Counted from the first letter of the stretch, positions 32,444 through 42,707 are shown. The stretch is DNA of 64,000 nucleotides from Candidatus Latescibacterota bacterium (GCA_965217585.1 OZ244561.1:1824001-1888000); one strand, 5' to 3'. The notes: a model not told the origin generated them from the sequence alone. Translations and numbers: made by a program.

Positions 32444-34102
32444 ATGAAGATCCCATCGGCAGTGAGACTGCTAATCGCCGTTATCCCGGCTGGGTGTGAG
32501 CCGTCCGAGGATGAGTTAGTCGCCCGGGTTGGGACATATCCGATCACCTCCAACGCGCTGAGGACCTTTGTTGAAGGGCTTCCAGTAGACCTGCGCGTTC
32601 AAGAGACAGGTGATGTCGCTCGCCGCCGTTACCTGCAGGATATGGTCGATCGCTACCTGATGCTCATCGAGGCTCGGGCCCGGGGGTTGGACACCACACA
32701 GGTGATGCGCACGGCGGTCAGCGAAGCAGTCGACAGCCGGGCTCGGAGTCGCTATAGGGCCCGTAAGATGACTTCCACTAAAGAGATTACTCCGCAGGAG
32801 GGGCGTCGGTACTTTGCCAGCGAGGGATATGACCAGGAGCGCAAACTGACCGCTATCCTGCTTAAAAATCGAGCCCAGATCGAAGCGGCATTGGTCGAGC
32901 TGAAGGCGGGAAAAGCTTTCGAGGATATTGCCCAGGCGCAGTCTCTGGACAAGGCGGCGGCGGTAAAAGGTGGTGAATTGGGATGGGTAGACAGGGATAT
33001 GGCACTGCGGCTCTACATCCCGCAGGAAGTCTTCACCGACCTGCCAACCGGGCAGGTTTCAGAGCCTCTGCCGGCGGGCAAACACTGGCACCTAGTCCGC
33101 TTTATAGAGGAGCGACCGACGCAGTATGAGAAGAACCGGCTGGTGATTGCATCCCGCCTTCGCGCCGAGCGCACAAAGCAGCTCTCCGAAGAGCACTTCG
33201 AGCAACTCGAAGCAACCTTCGATATACAGTTGGGAATAGACGGCTTCAAGGAACTGGCAGCGGCCTATCGCCAGAGGACGCCGGAAGTCCTCGCCGACAG
33301 TCCGACTCCACTCTACATATACGACCAGGGCCAGATCAGTGTGGGCCAGGCACAGCAGACGCTGAAGCCCCTGAAAGAGGCCCGCGCCTTGGCTGACGGT
33401 GACCGGGCCAAGGCGATCACCGTTCTGCAAAAATACGTTTTGCGCCCGTTTCTGCTGGAAGAAGCCGCCCGACGCGCAGGTATTTATGACGAGCCCGATA
33501 TCAAGCGTTTTGCAGCTAATTACCGAGAAGATGTTGTCTTGGAAATCTTGAGAAAAGTCGCCATTTCCCAGAGAGTAAAACTGTCTGAGGAAGAGGTGCG
33601 CCAATACTACGACGAGCACCTCGAAATGTTCTTCCACGAAGGTGCGACCTGGGTCGAAGAATTGCTGCTACCCACCGAGGCAGCGGCTCAGGACGCGAGA
33701 AAACAGCTAGAGGCCGGAGCGCAGTTCGAGGCGTTGGCCAGCCTTAGTCTGCGCCCTGGAGCGGTCGGAGTCAAAGCGAAATTTCACTTCCATGCTCTGG
33801 AAAAGGTCCGCTATCCCCAACTGATACCGGCAATTTTAGAAGCGCAAAAAGGTCAGCTCGTCGGACCCCTTAAACTGGAGTCGGGCTTCTCTGTATTCAA
33901 AGTTTTTAAGAGGGAGGAGGGCGCTGTAGAACCCTTCGCCACTGCTAGGCGTAGAGCCCAAGGCCTGCTCCGCATGCAGCGGCAGAAAGGTATGTTTCAG
34001 AACCTGATGGACACCCTGAGAAAACGCCACGCCGACCAAGTCGATATTTTCGAGGATCGACTGCGGGCGGCTCTGCCCGACAGCCTTGTGGGAACTGATT
34101 GA
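32444..34102 (+). CDS. PrsA/SurA-like foldase lipoprotein with two parvulin-like PPIase domains
   Basis: Lipobox-like PAG-C; FEDIAQAQSLD..AVKGGELGW, GQVSEP, WHLVR; second domain FEALA..S, GQLVGP. Confidence 0.8.
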   Translation: MKIPSAVRLLIAVIPAGCEPSEDELVARVGTYPITSNALRTFVEGLPVDLRVQETGDVARRRYLQDMVDRYLMLIEARARGLDTTQVMRTAVSEAVDSRARSRYRARKMTSTKEITPQEGRRYFASEGYDQERKLTAILLKNRAQIEAALVELKAGKAFEDIAQAQSLDKAAAVKGGELGWVDRDMALRLYIPQEVFTDLPTGQVSEPLPAGKHWHLVRFIEERPTQYEKNRLVIASRLRAERTKQLSEEHFEQLEATFDIQLGIDGFKELAAAYRQRTPEVLADSPTPLYIYDQGQISVGQAQQTLKPLKEARALADGDRAKAITVLQKYVLRPFLLEEAARRAGIYDEPDIKRFAANYREDVVLEILRKVAISQRVKLSEEEVRQYYDEHLEMFFHEGATWVEELLLPTEAAAQDARKQLEAGAQFEALASLSLRPGAVGVKAKFHFHALEKVRYPQLIPAILEAQKGQLVGPLKLESGFSVFKVFKREEGAVEPFATARRRAQGLLRMQRQKGMFQNLMDTLRKRHADQVDIFEDRLRAALPDSLVGTD

Positions 34103-35635
34103 GTGCGCCAGATCTTCGCCTGTAGCCTCTGTGGCGCAGCGATCCTTTCCCTGAGTGTGGGATGCGGTCTTGGGCAGGAGCCCGACGGCAGTTCCCCAGA
34201 GCAGGACGCCAGGCGACAGAAAGGCCTCTTGTTGACGGGCAGAGGGCTTCTCTTGCTGCAGCAGGGGCGACCAACCCGGGCGCTGGCCGTTTCCAAGGAA
34301 GCCCAGCAGTTCATTCCAGAGGCACCGGAACCCTACTTCAATATGGGGCTCGCCTACTCTCGTCTCGGTCGCCATGCAGAAGCCATAAAAGCCTTCGAGC
34401 TAGCCCAAGCTCGGGGATCTCCAAATGCCGCCCAGTTTTTCGCTCTAGGCTTGTCGCTGCGCGCCCAGAACCACGATCTGGAGGCAGCTAGCGAGTTTCG
34501 CAAAGCCATAGATTTAGCCCCCGACCGAGCCGACTACCACTATGCTCTGGGTGAAGTGCTCAGGTCCATGAGCGATTTCCCCGGCGCAGTCGCGGCCTTC
34601 GAAACGGCTATCCGGCTCGATTCCACCCACATCGAAGCCCACTTTTACCGCAGTGATCTTCTTGCCCGAGGCCAGCGGCTGGACGAAGCCGAAGCCGGAT
34701 ACAGGCGCACCCTGGCGCTGGATCCGGAGCGGACGGCCACTTATCTGGGCCTGGGCCGACTACTCTCCAAACAGAGGCGTTTTGCCGAGGCCATCGACAT
34801 GCTGCAACGAGCCATCGCGATCAACCCGAAGGGCTCCAATGTCTATTATTTTTTGAGTCAGGTTCAGCGCCAAGCCGGAAATGAACAGGGGGCAGAATCA
34901 GCGCTCGCCACGTTTCAACACTTGTACGCAGTTGAACAGCATCTGGACCAGGGGGACCTATATGCGGTGCGCGGTAAGTGGGAACTGGCCATCGCGGCCT
35001 GGTTGCAGGCTATCGCCGTCGACTCCGCCTCCGTCGATGCCTATATACGGGTGAGTGAGACGCACCTGCGACAGGAAGATTTGGAGGCAGCACTGCCCGT
35101 GTTAAAAAGGGGACTAGCCGTGAGGCCGCAGAATTTGGTCCTGCGCTGCCTGTTGGGCGAGGCCTATCTCGTCGCCGATAATCCGACGGCCGCGGCGCAG
35201 ACATTTGAGCAGGCCCTACGCCAGGATCCGACCTTACTGCGGGCGCTGTATGGGCTCGGACGCGCCGATCTGGCAGCCGGAAATCTCCAGAGCGCTGTTG
35301 CTTGGTTCCGACGAGGTCTGGACATTGATCCAGATGACGTGGAATCGCACTACCACCTCGGACTTGCCTACGTCAGACAAAGGCGCTATGTCGAGGCTCT
35401 GACCTGCTTTCAGCAGAGCGTGGCTATCGACCCGTCCCACGTGCGGGCCCATTACGCCCTAGGCCGATTGCATGTGGAGCAGGCAGCAGATGTCGAGGCC
35501 AGAGCCGCTTTTGCCACAGTCTTGGAACTGGACCCCGATCACTCCAGAGCCCGAGAGGGTCTGGCGCGCCTAGATGAGGGTGGTGATTTGATTGGCCAAG
35601 GTGCTGCGGGAATGCCCGGCGAGGGGAGAAAATAA
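34103..35635 (+). CDS. TPR repeat lipoprotein
   Basis: LSVG-C lipobox; many TPRs (YFNMGLAY, HYALGEVL, HYHLGLAY). Confidence 0.88.
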   Translation: MRQIFACSLCGAAILSLSVGCGLGQEPDGSSPEQDARRQKGLLLTGRGLLLLQQGRPTRALAVSKEAQQFIPEAPEPYFNMGLAYSRLGRHAEAIKAFELAQARGSPNAAQFFALGLSLRAQNHDLEAASEFRKAIDLAPDRADYHYALGEVLRSMSDFPGAVAAFETAIRLDSTHIEAHFYRSDLLARGQRLDEAEAGYRRTLALDPERTATYLGLGRLLSKQRRFAEAIDMLQRAIAINPKGSNVYYFLSQVQRQAGNEQGAESALATFQHLYAVEQHLDQGDLYAVRGKWELAIAAWLQAIAVDSASVDAYIRVSETHLRQEDLEAALPVLKRGLAVRPQNLVLRCLLGEAYLVADNPTAAAQTFEQALRQDPTLLRALYGLGRADLAAGNLQSAVAWFRRGLDIDPDDVESHYHLGLAYVRQRRYVEALTCFQQSVAIDPSHVRAHYALGRLHVEQAADVEARAAFATVLELDPDHSRAREGLARLDEGGDLIGQGAAGMPGEGRK

Positions 35636-35760
35636 CTTACTCGTGAACCGGAATGGTATTACATTCTCCAAAGTCACCGATGGGGTCGAGGTTTCGCGGG
35701 ACGGCCTTGATGAGGAGTAGCTTCTTACCTGCTGGATCTTATAAATGATGGAGGTACCTT

Positions 35761-38421
35761 GTGCGACAACGCGAGTACTCTGTAGCATCCATTCTGTTCT
35801 GTATGGCCCTTGGGGCCCTTCCGATCAGTGCACAGGACTACGGTGCCCGCTTAGGAACCGAAAGGGGTGGAGAAGTCACTTTCGAACCGCAGGGCCCTGG
35901 GGTTATGTTTGGTGCATTGGATCCGGCGGTGCGCCGGTGGTACGTCCCCCAGGAGCTCTATAGAGAATTCGGCTGGAAGCAGTGGGAATACTCAAACTAT
36001 GCCAGAGAACACTATCAGCGTTACGTCGACATCAGCCTAGAAGGCGACTATTTTTACGATCTATATGGTGATTTCGTCGGTCGCGGATGGCTCATTTTTA
36101 ACACCTCCCAGATCCAGCCCGAACAGTTTGGCAGCTCAATCTTCAAGTCCACGAGGTTTTCTGAGTGGTTCTCCGGGCTTCTCATCTCCGCCGACAGAAA
36201 AGGGCAGTACCAATATGCGGTGACGATCAGCAACGAGCTCCGCACCACGCTGACCCCCATGACCTTTTCCAAGCCTCGCTGGGACGGCATCCAGATCGAT
36301 TTCGCCTCGGATGCATACGAATCCACCCTAATCTTTTCGCGTTTGAGCACTCCAGGAGGCTCCAGTACGCGAGACCTCGAGAACCTCGTGACAAACCTCA
36401 CTACACTGCTCGGTGGCCGTTTTACCATCCAGGTGGGGGATTTTGCGACGGTAGGTTTAACCACCGTCAATACCCACCAGTCCAACACGTTGGTCGACGG
36501 CTTCAAGGGCAACCCCATCCACGGCGAGCTGACCATCGACCAGAGAGCGACGATTGGCGCCATCGAAATTGTTCTGCGCGACGATTCCCCTGAAGACGGG
36601 ATCGGGGGGGCGGCCTTTTTTTCTGCCGGCTCCGACATCATCATTACCTATGTAGACGGCAAGGTGGACAGGGGTAAGAATATCCGTTTCGAACCCGTTA
36701 TCCAGGGTGGTTTTATCCGTGAGGGCTTCATCGCCGCCGATGGCACCGAGCAGATAAGCCTGCGCTATGACTTCGACAGTGCAGCCTTTCTCAATCGGGC
36801 AAATGGCACCAAAGAGGAGATCAAAAAGGTCGAGTTTGAGCTCGTTCTGGGCAATGACTACCAGGTGTGGGTGACATCCGACCGACAGTTGAACAGCGCC
36901 TCTACCTCCGTCCTCCTCATGGTGACCCAAGCAGAGGGCAACGTACAGGACAATACCAACCTCAGAGTCGTCAGCTTTGAATACGGTCTGCCTACGGCTA
37001 CCCAGATCTGGGGCACCACCCTTGAACTTAAAGAGGTTTTCGGGTTTAAATTCTACGGCGAATACGACCTGAGCCACAGCTACACAAAATTTCCCAGTAT
37101 AACGCGCAATAGCCACTCTGTTTTCTCGGGCATCAAAGGCGAGCGATCTGCGCCGGCGTGGATGATGAATGTTTCGCGCGTTGATTTTCCCTGGTTCTTC
37201 TTCGGCGAGGCGTACAGCATGGACCCACGCTACAACACCAGTAGCTTCGCTGCTGAGGCCTCCGGGTTTATCGACTACGAGGATCCGCGCGTTTCCACTA
37301 TCGACTTGGTCACCGACAACGATGACCAGGATCGATTCGCCGACGCCATTCGCAGAGATACGCGGAGAGGAGACAATGCCGTTTTTCCCGGCTGGGACGA
37401 GAACAACGACTTTGTGTCCGACTTTAACCAGAACGACAATTCCGTACTGTCGAATTCGACACCGGATTACGAGGAGGCCTTTCTGCGCCATCACGTCGAC
37501 CGGCCGGAATTTCTCTTCGGTATCGATTTGAACAACAATCTTTGGATCGACCGATTTGAGAATGATGATCAGCCGGACTATCCATACAAAAAAGATCGCC
37601 GTGGCTTCAATGTGTATGGAGGCTTGAACTTGCTTGCCGATGTTCAGCTCACGGTCGGGCTGCTGCGGGAAGAGCTGATCTCATCTGATAAGAAGAATCA
37701 TACCAACTACCTGCTGCTCACCATGGATCGCGATATGGCCGAATGGGGACGTCTGCGCTTCTTCGAGTCGCTGAAGTCCGTAAAAGACAATATTGAAGAC
37801 GAACTTCTCCAGTGGCTGCCAAATACGATATTGCGCACCGGAGAGCCGACGCGCTTGCAGGACCCGATTATAGCGCCCGATACCTGGATCAACACGCTGT
37901 GGACAGGACACGACTACTCCAGGGGAGCCCTGCAAGCAAAAAATCTGGTAAAATACAAAATCTATCACCAACGTCTCAACAAAGAAGAGAGAACGCTGCT
38001 CAGTAGGCGTAAACGGGACTACTTCTTCGGCCTTATCAACAAGGCTAGCTACCGCATCGATTGGGGCCGACTGCGAATCGAGCCGCGCTGGAAAAGCGAG
38101 TTCCGCAAGCAGACGCTGGACCTGCTTTCTACCGACAATCGGGAGGAATTGACCGAGATTGGTGGTGTTCTTGTATCCGTACCGTTCCTCCTGCACACTA
38201 CTTTAATGACGGGCATAGAGTACACGTCCTTCAATGATTTCAAGCGCGATTCCAACGATTTCAACGGTATCGCCACGGCGTTTCAGGTCACCAATGAATC
38301 CTCCTATCTGGGGTACAACCTGATTATGCAGGGTGGTGTGAAAATCAACCGCCGAGATTTTAAGGGTCAGGATTCAGACACTTTGACGCAGGGCTTTCTC
38401 ACAATGTACGCCGGGTTATAA
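35761..38421 (+). CDS. 886-aa exported protein, predicted outer-membrane beta-barrel with acidic Ca-binding-like loops
   Basis: GGAGGT RBS plus GTG; signal peptide; runs of amphipathic beta-strands in the C-terminal third; DxDxD-like motifs. The fold is inferred. Confidence 0.6.
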   Translation: MRQREYSVASILFCMALGALPISAQDYGARLGTERGGEVTFEPQGPGVMFGALDPAVRRWYVPQELYREFGWKQWEYSNYAREHYQRYVDISLEGDYFYDLYGDFVGRGWLIFNTSQIQPEQFGSSIFKSTRFSEWFSGLLISADRKGQYQYAVTISNELRTTLTPMTFSKPRWDGIQIDFASDAYESTLIFSRLSTPGGSSTRDLENLVTNLTTLLGGRFTIQVGDFATVGLTTVNTHQSNTLVDGFKGNPIHGELTIDQRATIGAIEIVLRDDSPEDGIGGAAFFSAGSDIIITYVDGKVDRGKNIRFEPVIQGGFIREGFIAADGTEQISLRYDFDSAAFLNRANGTKEEIKKVEFELVLGNDYQVWVTSDRQLNSASTSVLLMVTQAEGNVQDNTNLRVVSFEYGLPTATQIWGTTLELKEVFGFKFYGEYDLSHSYTKFPSITRNSHSVFSGIKGERSAPAWMMNVSRVDFPWFFFGEAYSMDPRYNTSSFAAEASGFIDYEDPRVSTIDLVTDNDDQDRFADAIRRDTRRGDNAVFPGWDENNDFVSDFNQNDNSVLSNSTPDYEEAFLRHHVDRPEFLFGIDLNNNLWIDRFENDDQPDYPYKKDRRGFNVYGGLNLLADVQLTVGLLREELISSDKKNHTNYLLLTMDRDMAEWGRLRFFESLKSVKDNIEDELLQWLPNTILRTGEPTRLQDPIIAPDTWINTLWTGHDYSRGALQAKNLVKYKIYHQRLNKEERTLLSRRKRDYFFGLINKASYRIDWGRLRIEPRWKSEFRKQTLDLLSTDNREELTEIGGVLVSVPFLLHTTLMTGIEYTSFNDFKRDSNDFNGIATAFQVTNESSYLGYNLIMQGGVKINRRDFKGQDSDTLTQGFLTMYAGL

Positions 38422-38434
38422 GGTATAGAAGCTG

Positions 38435-40765
38435 TTGGGAAAATCCATTGGCTGGATCGCCTCTGCCAGAAGGCTCCTATCAGGTCGCTGTTTCTGGGCA
38501 GCACTGATTGCCCTGACTGCGCTCGCCCTGCGGATTGCCCACGTTCAAGACAGCACTTCCAGCCCGCTCTTCGATGCCCCTGTGGGCAACGCGCGGATGT
38601 ACGCGGAGGTGGCGACAGACCTAGTTGCAGGCAACTGGGCAGGTAAGCCCGAACCGTACTGGCAGCCTCCTCTGTACTCGTACTATCTGGCCATGATTTT
38701 CTGGATGACTGAACAGAGCTATTTTCTGCCGCGGCTTATTCAGGCGATCCTGGGCGCGGCCATCTGCGTGTTAATCTACTTCCTGGGGCTTATTGCCTTT
38801 CCAGATTCGGTGGCGCGGGGCGCAGGGGTCGGTGCCGCACTGTATGGCCCGCTCATCTACTTTGGCGGCGAGCTGCTGCCGACCATTGTGGCGATTTTTC
38901 TGTTCCTGCTCTTTCTGCTCTTTCTGCTCAGAAGCTGTCTGAAAACCCCCGGCGGCCGTCGCTCAGCTATCAAGGCTGCGGGGCTGCGTTGGCTGATTGC
39001 CGGATTCCTGTTGGGACTTTCAGCGCTGGCCGCAGTAAATATGCTTGTCTTCCTGCCGTTGCTCCTCCTGTGGCTCTACGCCTGCGCTGATCTGCCCAGA
39101 GGGCACACTAGGGCAGGACGCGCCCTCTTTGTGCTGCTCGGCTGCAGCCTGACCATTGCCCCGGTGACAGTGCGCAACTACATCGTCGGCCACGACCGAG
39201 TGCTCATCTCTGCCAATGCCGGCTTCGACTTTTATCTGGGCAACAACGCCAATTACGCCCGCACCGTTCAGATGCAACCCGGATTCGAGTGGCAGGAACA
39301 GGTGGAGAGCCCCGCAACATCCGAAAAGTCGCGTTATTTTCTGGCTAAACCCTGGCACTTTATCCGCCATGAACCCTTGCGGTATCTAACCCTGTCGCTG
39401 CACAAGCTTTACTTATTCTGGCACGGCGACGAGTTGCGCCGGAATCTCGATCCGTACTACGCCCGCAACGACTCGACGATTCTGCGCTTGCTAATGTGGA
39501 AATATGGACTTGCGTTCCCCTTTGGCCTTGTCGCTCCCTTGGCGCTGGTGGGTATGGTCTGCTACTGGAGAAGTGCACCCAGCTCATCCTCCGGTCGACT
39601 CCTCCTGCTGTTCTTGCTGGTTTACATGTTATCAGTAGTGGTGTTTTCCGCGACGGCCCAACATCGCCTTCCGGCGGTGCCTCTGGCCCTGCTCTTTGCC
39701 TGTTCTGGTCTGCGGGAGATCCTCGTGCGGCGGGGAAGCAACAGGCTCAGATTGCTCGTTGCAGTGGTGGTCCTGCTGGTAGCAACCAATGTGGGGGCGG
39801 GCACAATGAACATGGAAGGAAGCGGTTCCCAGCACTTTGTGTTGGGAACCGCCTATGAGACACTGGGGATGGAGGCCAACGCCATGCGGGAATATAGGGC
39901 CGCCCTGGAGTGCCTGCCCGATTACCGCGAGTCCGTGGTACGCCTAGGCCACCTCCACACCTCTCGCCAGGAACATGACCGCGCCATTCGGGTTTACGAG
40001 GCTTTCCTCCGGCGTTATCCAGAGACCGAATCCATCCGCTTCCTGTTGGCCAACGCCCATCTGGCGGCAGGACATCTCAAGAGGGCGATAGCTGGTTACG
40101 AAAGCCTGATCCCGCAGCGCCCGCAGTGGGCAGCTCTGCACGGCACCCTCGGCTATGCCTACCTGCGGGATGGGCGGCCCTCAATGGCGATCTCGGCCTA
40201 CCGACGAACGCTTGAACTGCAGCCAGATTCGAGCCTGGTACGCTACCAGCTAGCGCGGCTCTACGCGGTCCAGGACAGCTTGCGAGCTGCCACTGAACAA
40301 TTTAGCACGCTCCTGGAGAAAGACCCCGACAATGCAGAATTCCACACCCGCATTGCAGATCTTCTTATCCAGCGGGAAAGTGCGGGGGAAAACACCTTCG
40401 CCCTGCCGCAGAACGCGGCAACAGAGGCGGCCGAGATTCATCTACAGGAGGCGATTCGGCTAGCGCCGAATCGCCCTGAATCGCACTGGAGTCTGGGCAC
40501 GATGTTGGCCCGGCAAGCACGCTACGACGAAGCCACGAAGCACTTCGAACGGCTTTCTCAGCTCGAGTCCGACAATAACGAATTGTTTGTCTGGTTGGCC
40601 AACCTCAGCCAGCGAACCGGACACAACGACAGAGCGCAGGAGTACATGGCCCGTTATGCTAGGGCCGAACGCGAACGGCGACGCCAGCATCAGGTCCAGC
40701 GGGAAATGGACGATATGTTAAAAAAAACGTTCGGGAGGAAGACGACGCCAAAGAAAGATTTCTGA
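38435..40765 (+). CDS. GT-C fold glycosyltransferase (GT39/ArnT/PMT-like) fused to C-terminal TPRs
   Basis: YWQPPLYSYYLA, YFGGELL, PVTVRNY..GHD..LIS.NAG..FYLGNN, HRLP; about 11 TM helices; TPR tail. Start uncertain. Confidence 0.82.
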   Translation: MGKSIGWIASARRLLSGRCFWAALIALTALALRIAHVQDSTSSPLFDAPVGNARMYAEVATDLVAGNWAGKPEPYWQPPLYSYYLAMIFWMTEQSYFLPRLIQAILGAAICVLIYFLGLIAFPDSVARGAGVGAALYGPLIYFGGELLPTIVAIFLFLLFLLFLLRSCLKTPGGRRSAIKAAGLRWLIAGFLLGLSALAAVNMLVFLPLLLLWLYACADLPRGHTRAGRALFVLLGCSLTIAPVTVRNYIVGHDRVLISANAGFDFYLGNNANYARTVQMQPGFEWQEQVESPATSEKSRYFLAKPWHFIRHEPLRYLTLSLHKLYLFWHGDELRRNLDPYYARNDSTILRLLMWKYGLAFPFGLVAPLALVGMVCYWRSAPSSSSGRLLLLFLLVYMLSVVVFSATAQHRLPAVPLALLFACSGLREILVRRGSNRLRLLVAVVVLLVATNVGAGTMNMEGSGSQHFVLGTAYETLGMEANAMREYRAALECLPDYRESVVRLGHLHTSRQEHDRAIRVYEAFLRRYPETESIRFLLANAHLAAGHLKRAIAGYESLIPQRPQWAALHGTLGYAYLRDGRPSMAISAYRRTLELQPDSSLVRYQLARLYAVQDSLRAATEQFSTLLEKDPDNAEFHTRIADLLIQRESAGENTFALPQNAATEAAEIHLQEAIRLAPNRPESHWSLGTMLARQARYDEATKHFERLSQLESDNNELFVWLANLSQRTGHNDRAQEYMARYARAERERRRQHQVQREMDDMLKKTFGRKTTPKKDF
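38931..38948 (+). mobile_element. Isolated IS5-type terminal IR embedded in the glycosyltransferase CDS
   Basis: TCA-GAAGCTGTCTGAAAACCC matches the IRs at 24335 and 30201. Confidence 0.55.
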
Positions 40766-40784
40766 TGGTTGCAGGTGAGGGGAT

Positions 40785-42707
40785 TCACGGCTCCCACACT
40801 TCGACGAGCACATTGGCCGCTAGGGGGCCGGGCAGTGTCTGTACCTGCCCCGATGGCCAGCGGACCTCGATCTGTTCGATGGTCGCCGCATTGTCGAGAC
40901 CAAAGTAAAGGGGATAGAGACTTTGGGTAAGATAGCCCGATTTGCCGTCGTGGACTTTGGTGTAGGTCTGTGCACCTGCTTTGACGATGACCACCGCACC
41001 CAGCCCGCCGCGGTTTGATTGGGTGCCGATCAAGCGCACTTTGAGAAAGTGAATGTCTTTTCTGGTGGACAGGTCGCTGATCAGCACCATCGGCTCCGAG
41101 TTGAAGTCGTTGGTGACTATGTCCAGGTCGCCGTCGTTGTCCAGATCGAAGATAGCCGACGAGCGCGAACCCAGCGCTCCCCAGACGACAAAGCACCCTT
41201 TGCGGTTCTTGCAGAGACTGTGATGCTGGTCGTCGTTGGAGCAATCGAGTTCGAACCAGGGTTGGGCAGTGCGCCCATCCCGGCGCGGTTCAACGCCCAG
41301 GATGAATTCGCTGTCCAAGAACCCAACTCCTTTATTGTTCAACAGGAGGGAGTTGATTCCGTAGCGCCAGGGAGAATTCATGCTCGCAGTGATAAAGACA
41401 TCCTCGTAGCCATCGGCGTTGAAGTCTCCCACGCTCAACCCCCAAGGCCAGTAGTTCTCGGCACCGATCTGGTCCGAAATTTCCTCGAAGCGCCCGTTGC
41501 CGGCATTGCGATAGAACGCATTGCCGAAGATACTGTTGCCTCCACTGAGAAGGAACTCTTCTTCCTGTTTGACATCGGCCTTTAGCTTTTCTCGTTCCGG
41601 GCCGATATTCTCGGTCATATCCGAGTGCATGTCGGTTACATAAAGATCCATGTGACCGTCGTTGTTGTAATCGAATACCTTGACCCCCATGGATCCCCAG
41701 GGCGTTTTGGGAAAGACCTGGCGACTCTTCTTGATGAAGTATTGTCCCCGAACATTTTCGTAGTATTGGTCGTTCCCCTGCATATTCAATACATACAGAT
41801 CGGTCCAACCGTCCTCGTTCGCATCAATCGGGGTAGCATCCCCCGTCCAACTGGTATCCTCCAGTTTTACCTCAGTGGTCATGTCGCCAAAGCGCTTGTC
41901 GCCCAGATTCCTGAATAGCAGACTGCGCTCAAAGCGCTCGGGAAAAAGGTGTCCAGAGAAGGCGTCGCTCAAGCCGACGTAATAATTGTATTCCTCTCGA
42001 TCCTGACCGGCAGCATAGTGGGAAGAGGGTATCAGTACATCGCTGGTATAGGTGCCGACGTTGGTCAGGAACAGGTCCAGCAACCCGTCTCGGTCGTAGT
42101 CGAAGAAAATGGCCCCGGAGGAATAGCCTTTATAGTCGAGCCCGGACGACTCGGAGATGTCCTTGAAGCGCTCCTCGCCGTGGTTCTCGAACAGATGATT
42201 GCCTTCCCTGATAGTGGTCACATACAGGTCTGGATCGCCATCGTTGTCGATATCCGCGAACGAAGCGGTTACGCCAATAGGTTCGGCAAGACCCACGCCC
42301 GCAGTCGCAGTCACGTCTTCAAAGGTGCCATCGCCCTTGTTTTTCCACAGTTGATTGCTGCCCACTTGGTTGACAAAGTAAATGTCGTACAGGCCGTCCC
42401 CGTTCACATCGGCGATTGCGAGCCCGTTGCCGTGATCGTAGTGAACCGGTTGCCAGTATTTCCCCGAGTCGTCTACGACCTTGTTGCGAAAGTGGATACC
42501 GCTCCGGGCAATTTGATCGGAGAAATTGAAATGGCAGAAAACCTCGAACTGGTCAATGGTTGCCAGTTGAGCCTGTCTGCGACTTTCGAGCCATGGAGGA
42601 TCGATAATCTCCGGTGGTTCAGCAAGCATCTGTGGCTCTTGCGAGGAAGCTACTTCTAAGGTGGTTGCGAAAAAGGGTATTGCCATCCATATCGGGAGGT
42701 ATTTCAC
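40785..42707 (-). CDS. ASPIC/UnbV (CRTAC1-like) FG-GAP repeat protein
   Basis: GTG42707 with AAAGGA RBS and signal peptide; DVNGDG/DIDNDGD/DYDRDG repeats; SNRGGLGA..SGYLTQS..LYFGL..IEVRWPSG. Confidence 0.88.
   Translation of the reverse strand: MKYLPIWMAIPFFATTLEVASSQEPQMLAEPPEIIDPPWLESRRQAQLATIDQFEVFCHFNFSDQIARSGIHFRNKVVDDSGKYWQPVHYDHGNGLAIADVNGDGLYDIYFVNQVGSNQLWKNKGDGTFEDVTATAGVGLAEPIGVTASFADIDNDGDPDLYVTTIREGNHLFENHGEERFKDISESSGLDYKGYSSGAIFFDYDRDGLLDLFLTNVGTYTSDVLIPSSHYAAGQDREEYNYYVGLSDAFSGHLFPERFERSLLFRNLGDKRFGDMTTEVKLEDTSWTGDATPIDANEDGWTDLYVLNMQGNDQYYENVRGQYFIKKSRQVFPKTPWGSMGVKVFDYNNDGHMDLYVTDMHSDMTENIGPEREKLKADVKQEEEFLLSGGNSIFGNAFYRNAGNGRFEEISDQIGAENYWPWGLSVGDFNADGYEDVFITASMNSPWRYGINSLLLNNKGVGFLDSEFILGVEPRRDGRTAQPWFELDCSNDDQHHSLCKNRKGCFVVWGALGSRSSAIFDLDNDGDLDIVTNDFNSEPMVLISDLSTRKDIHFLKVRLIGTQSNRGGLGAVVIVKAGAQTYTKVHDGKSGYLTQSLYPLYFGLDNAATIEQIEVRWPSGQVQTLPGPLAANVLVEVWEP

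Noticed and set aside
38426-38446. TAGAAGCTGTTGGGAAAATCC as another IS5-type IR
   Set aside because: Only a partial match and no partner end identified
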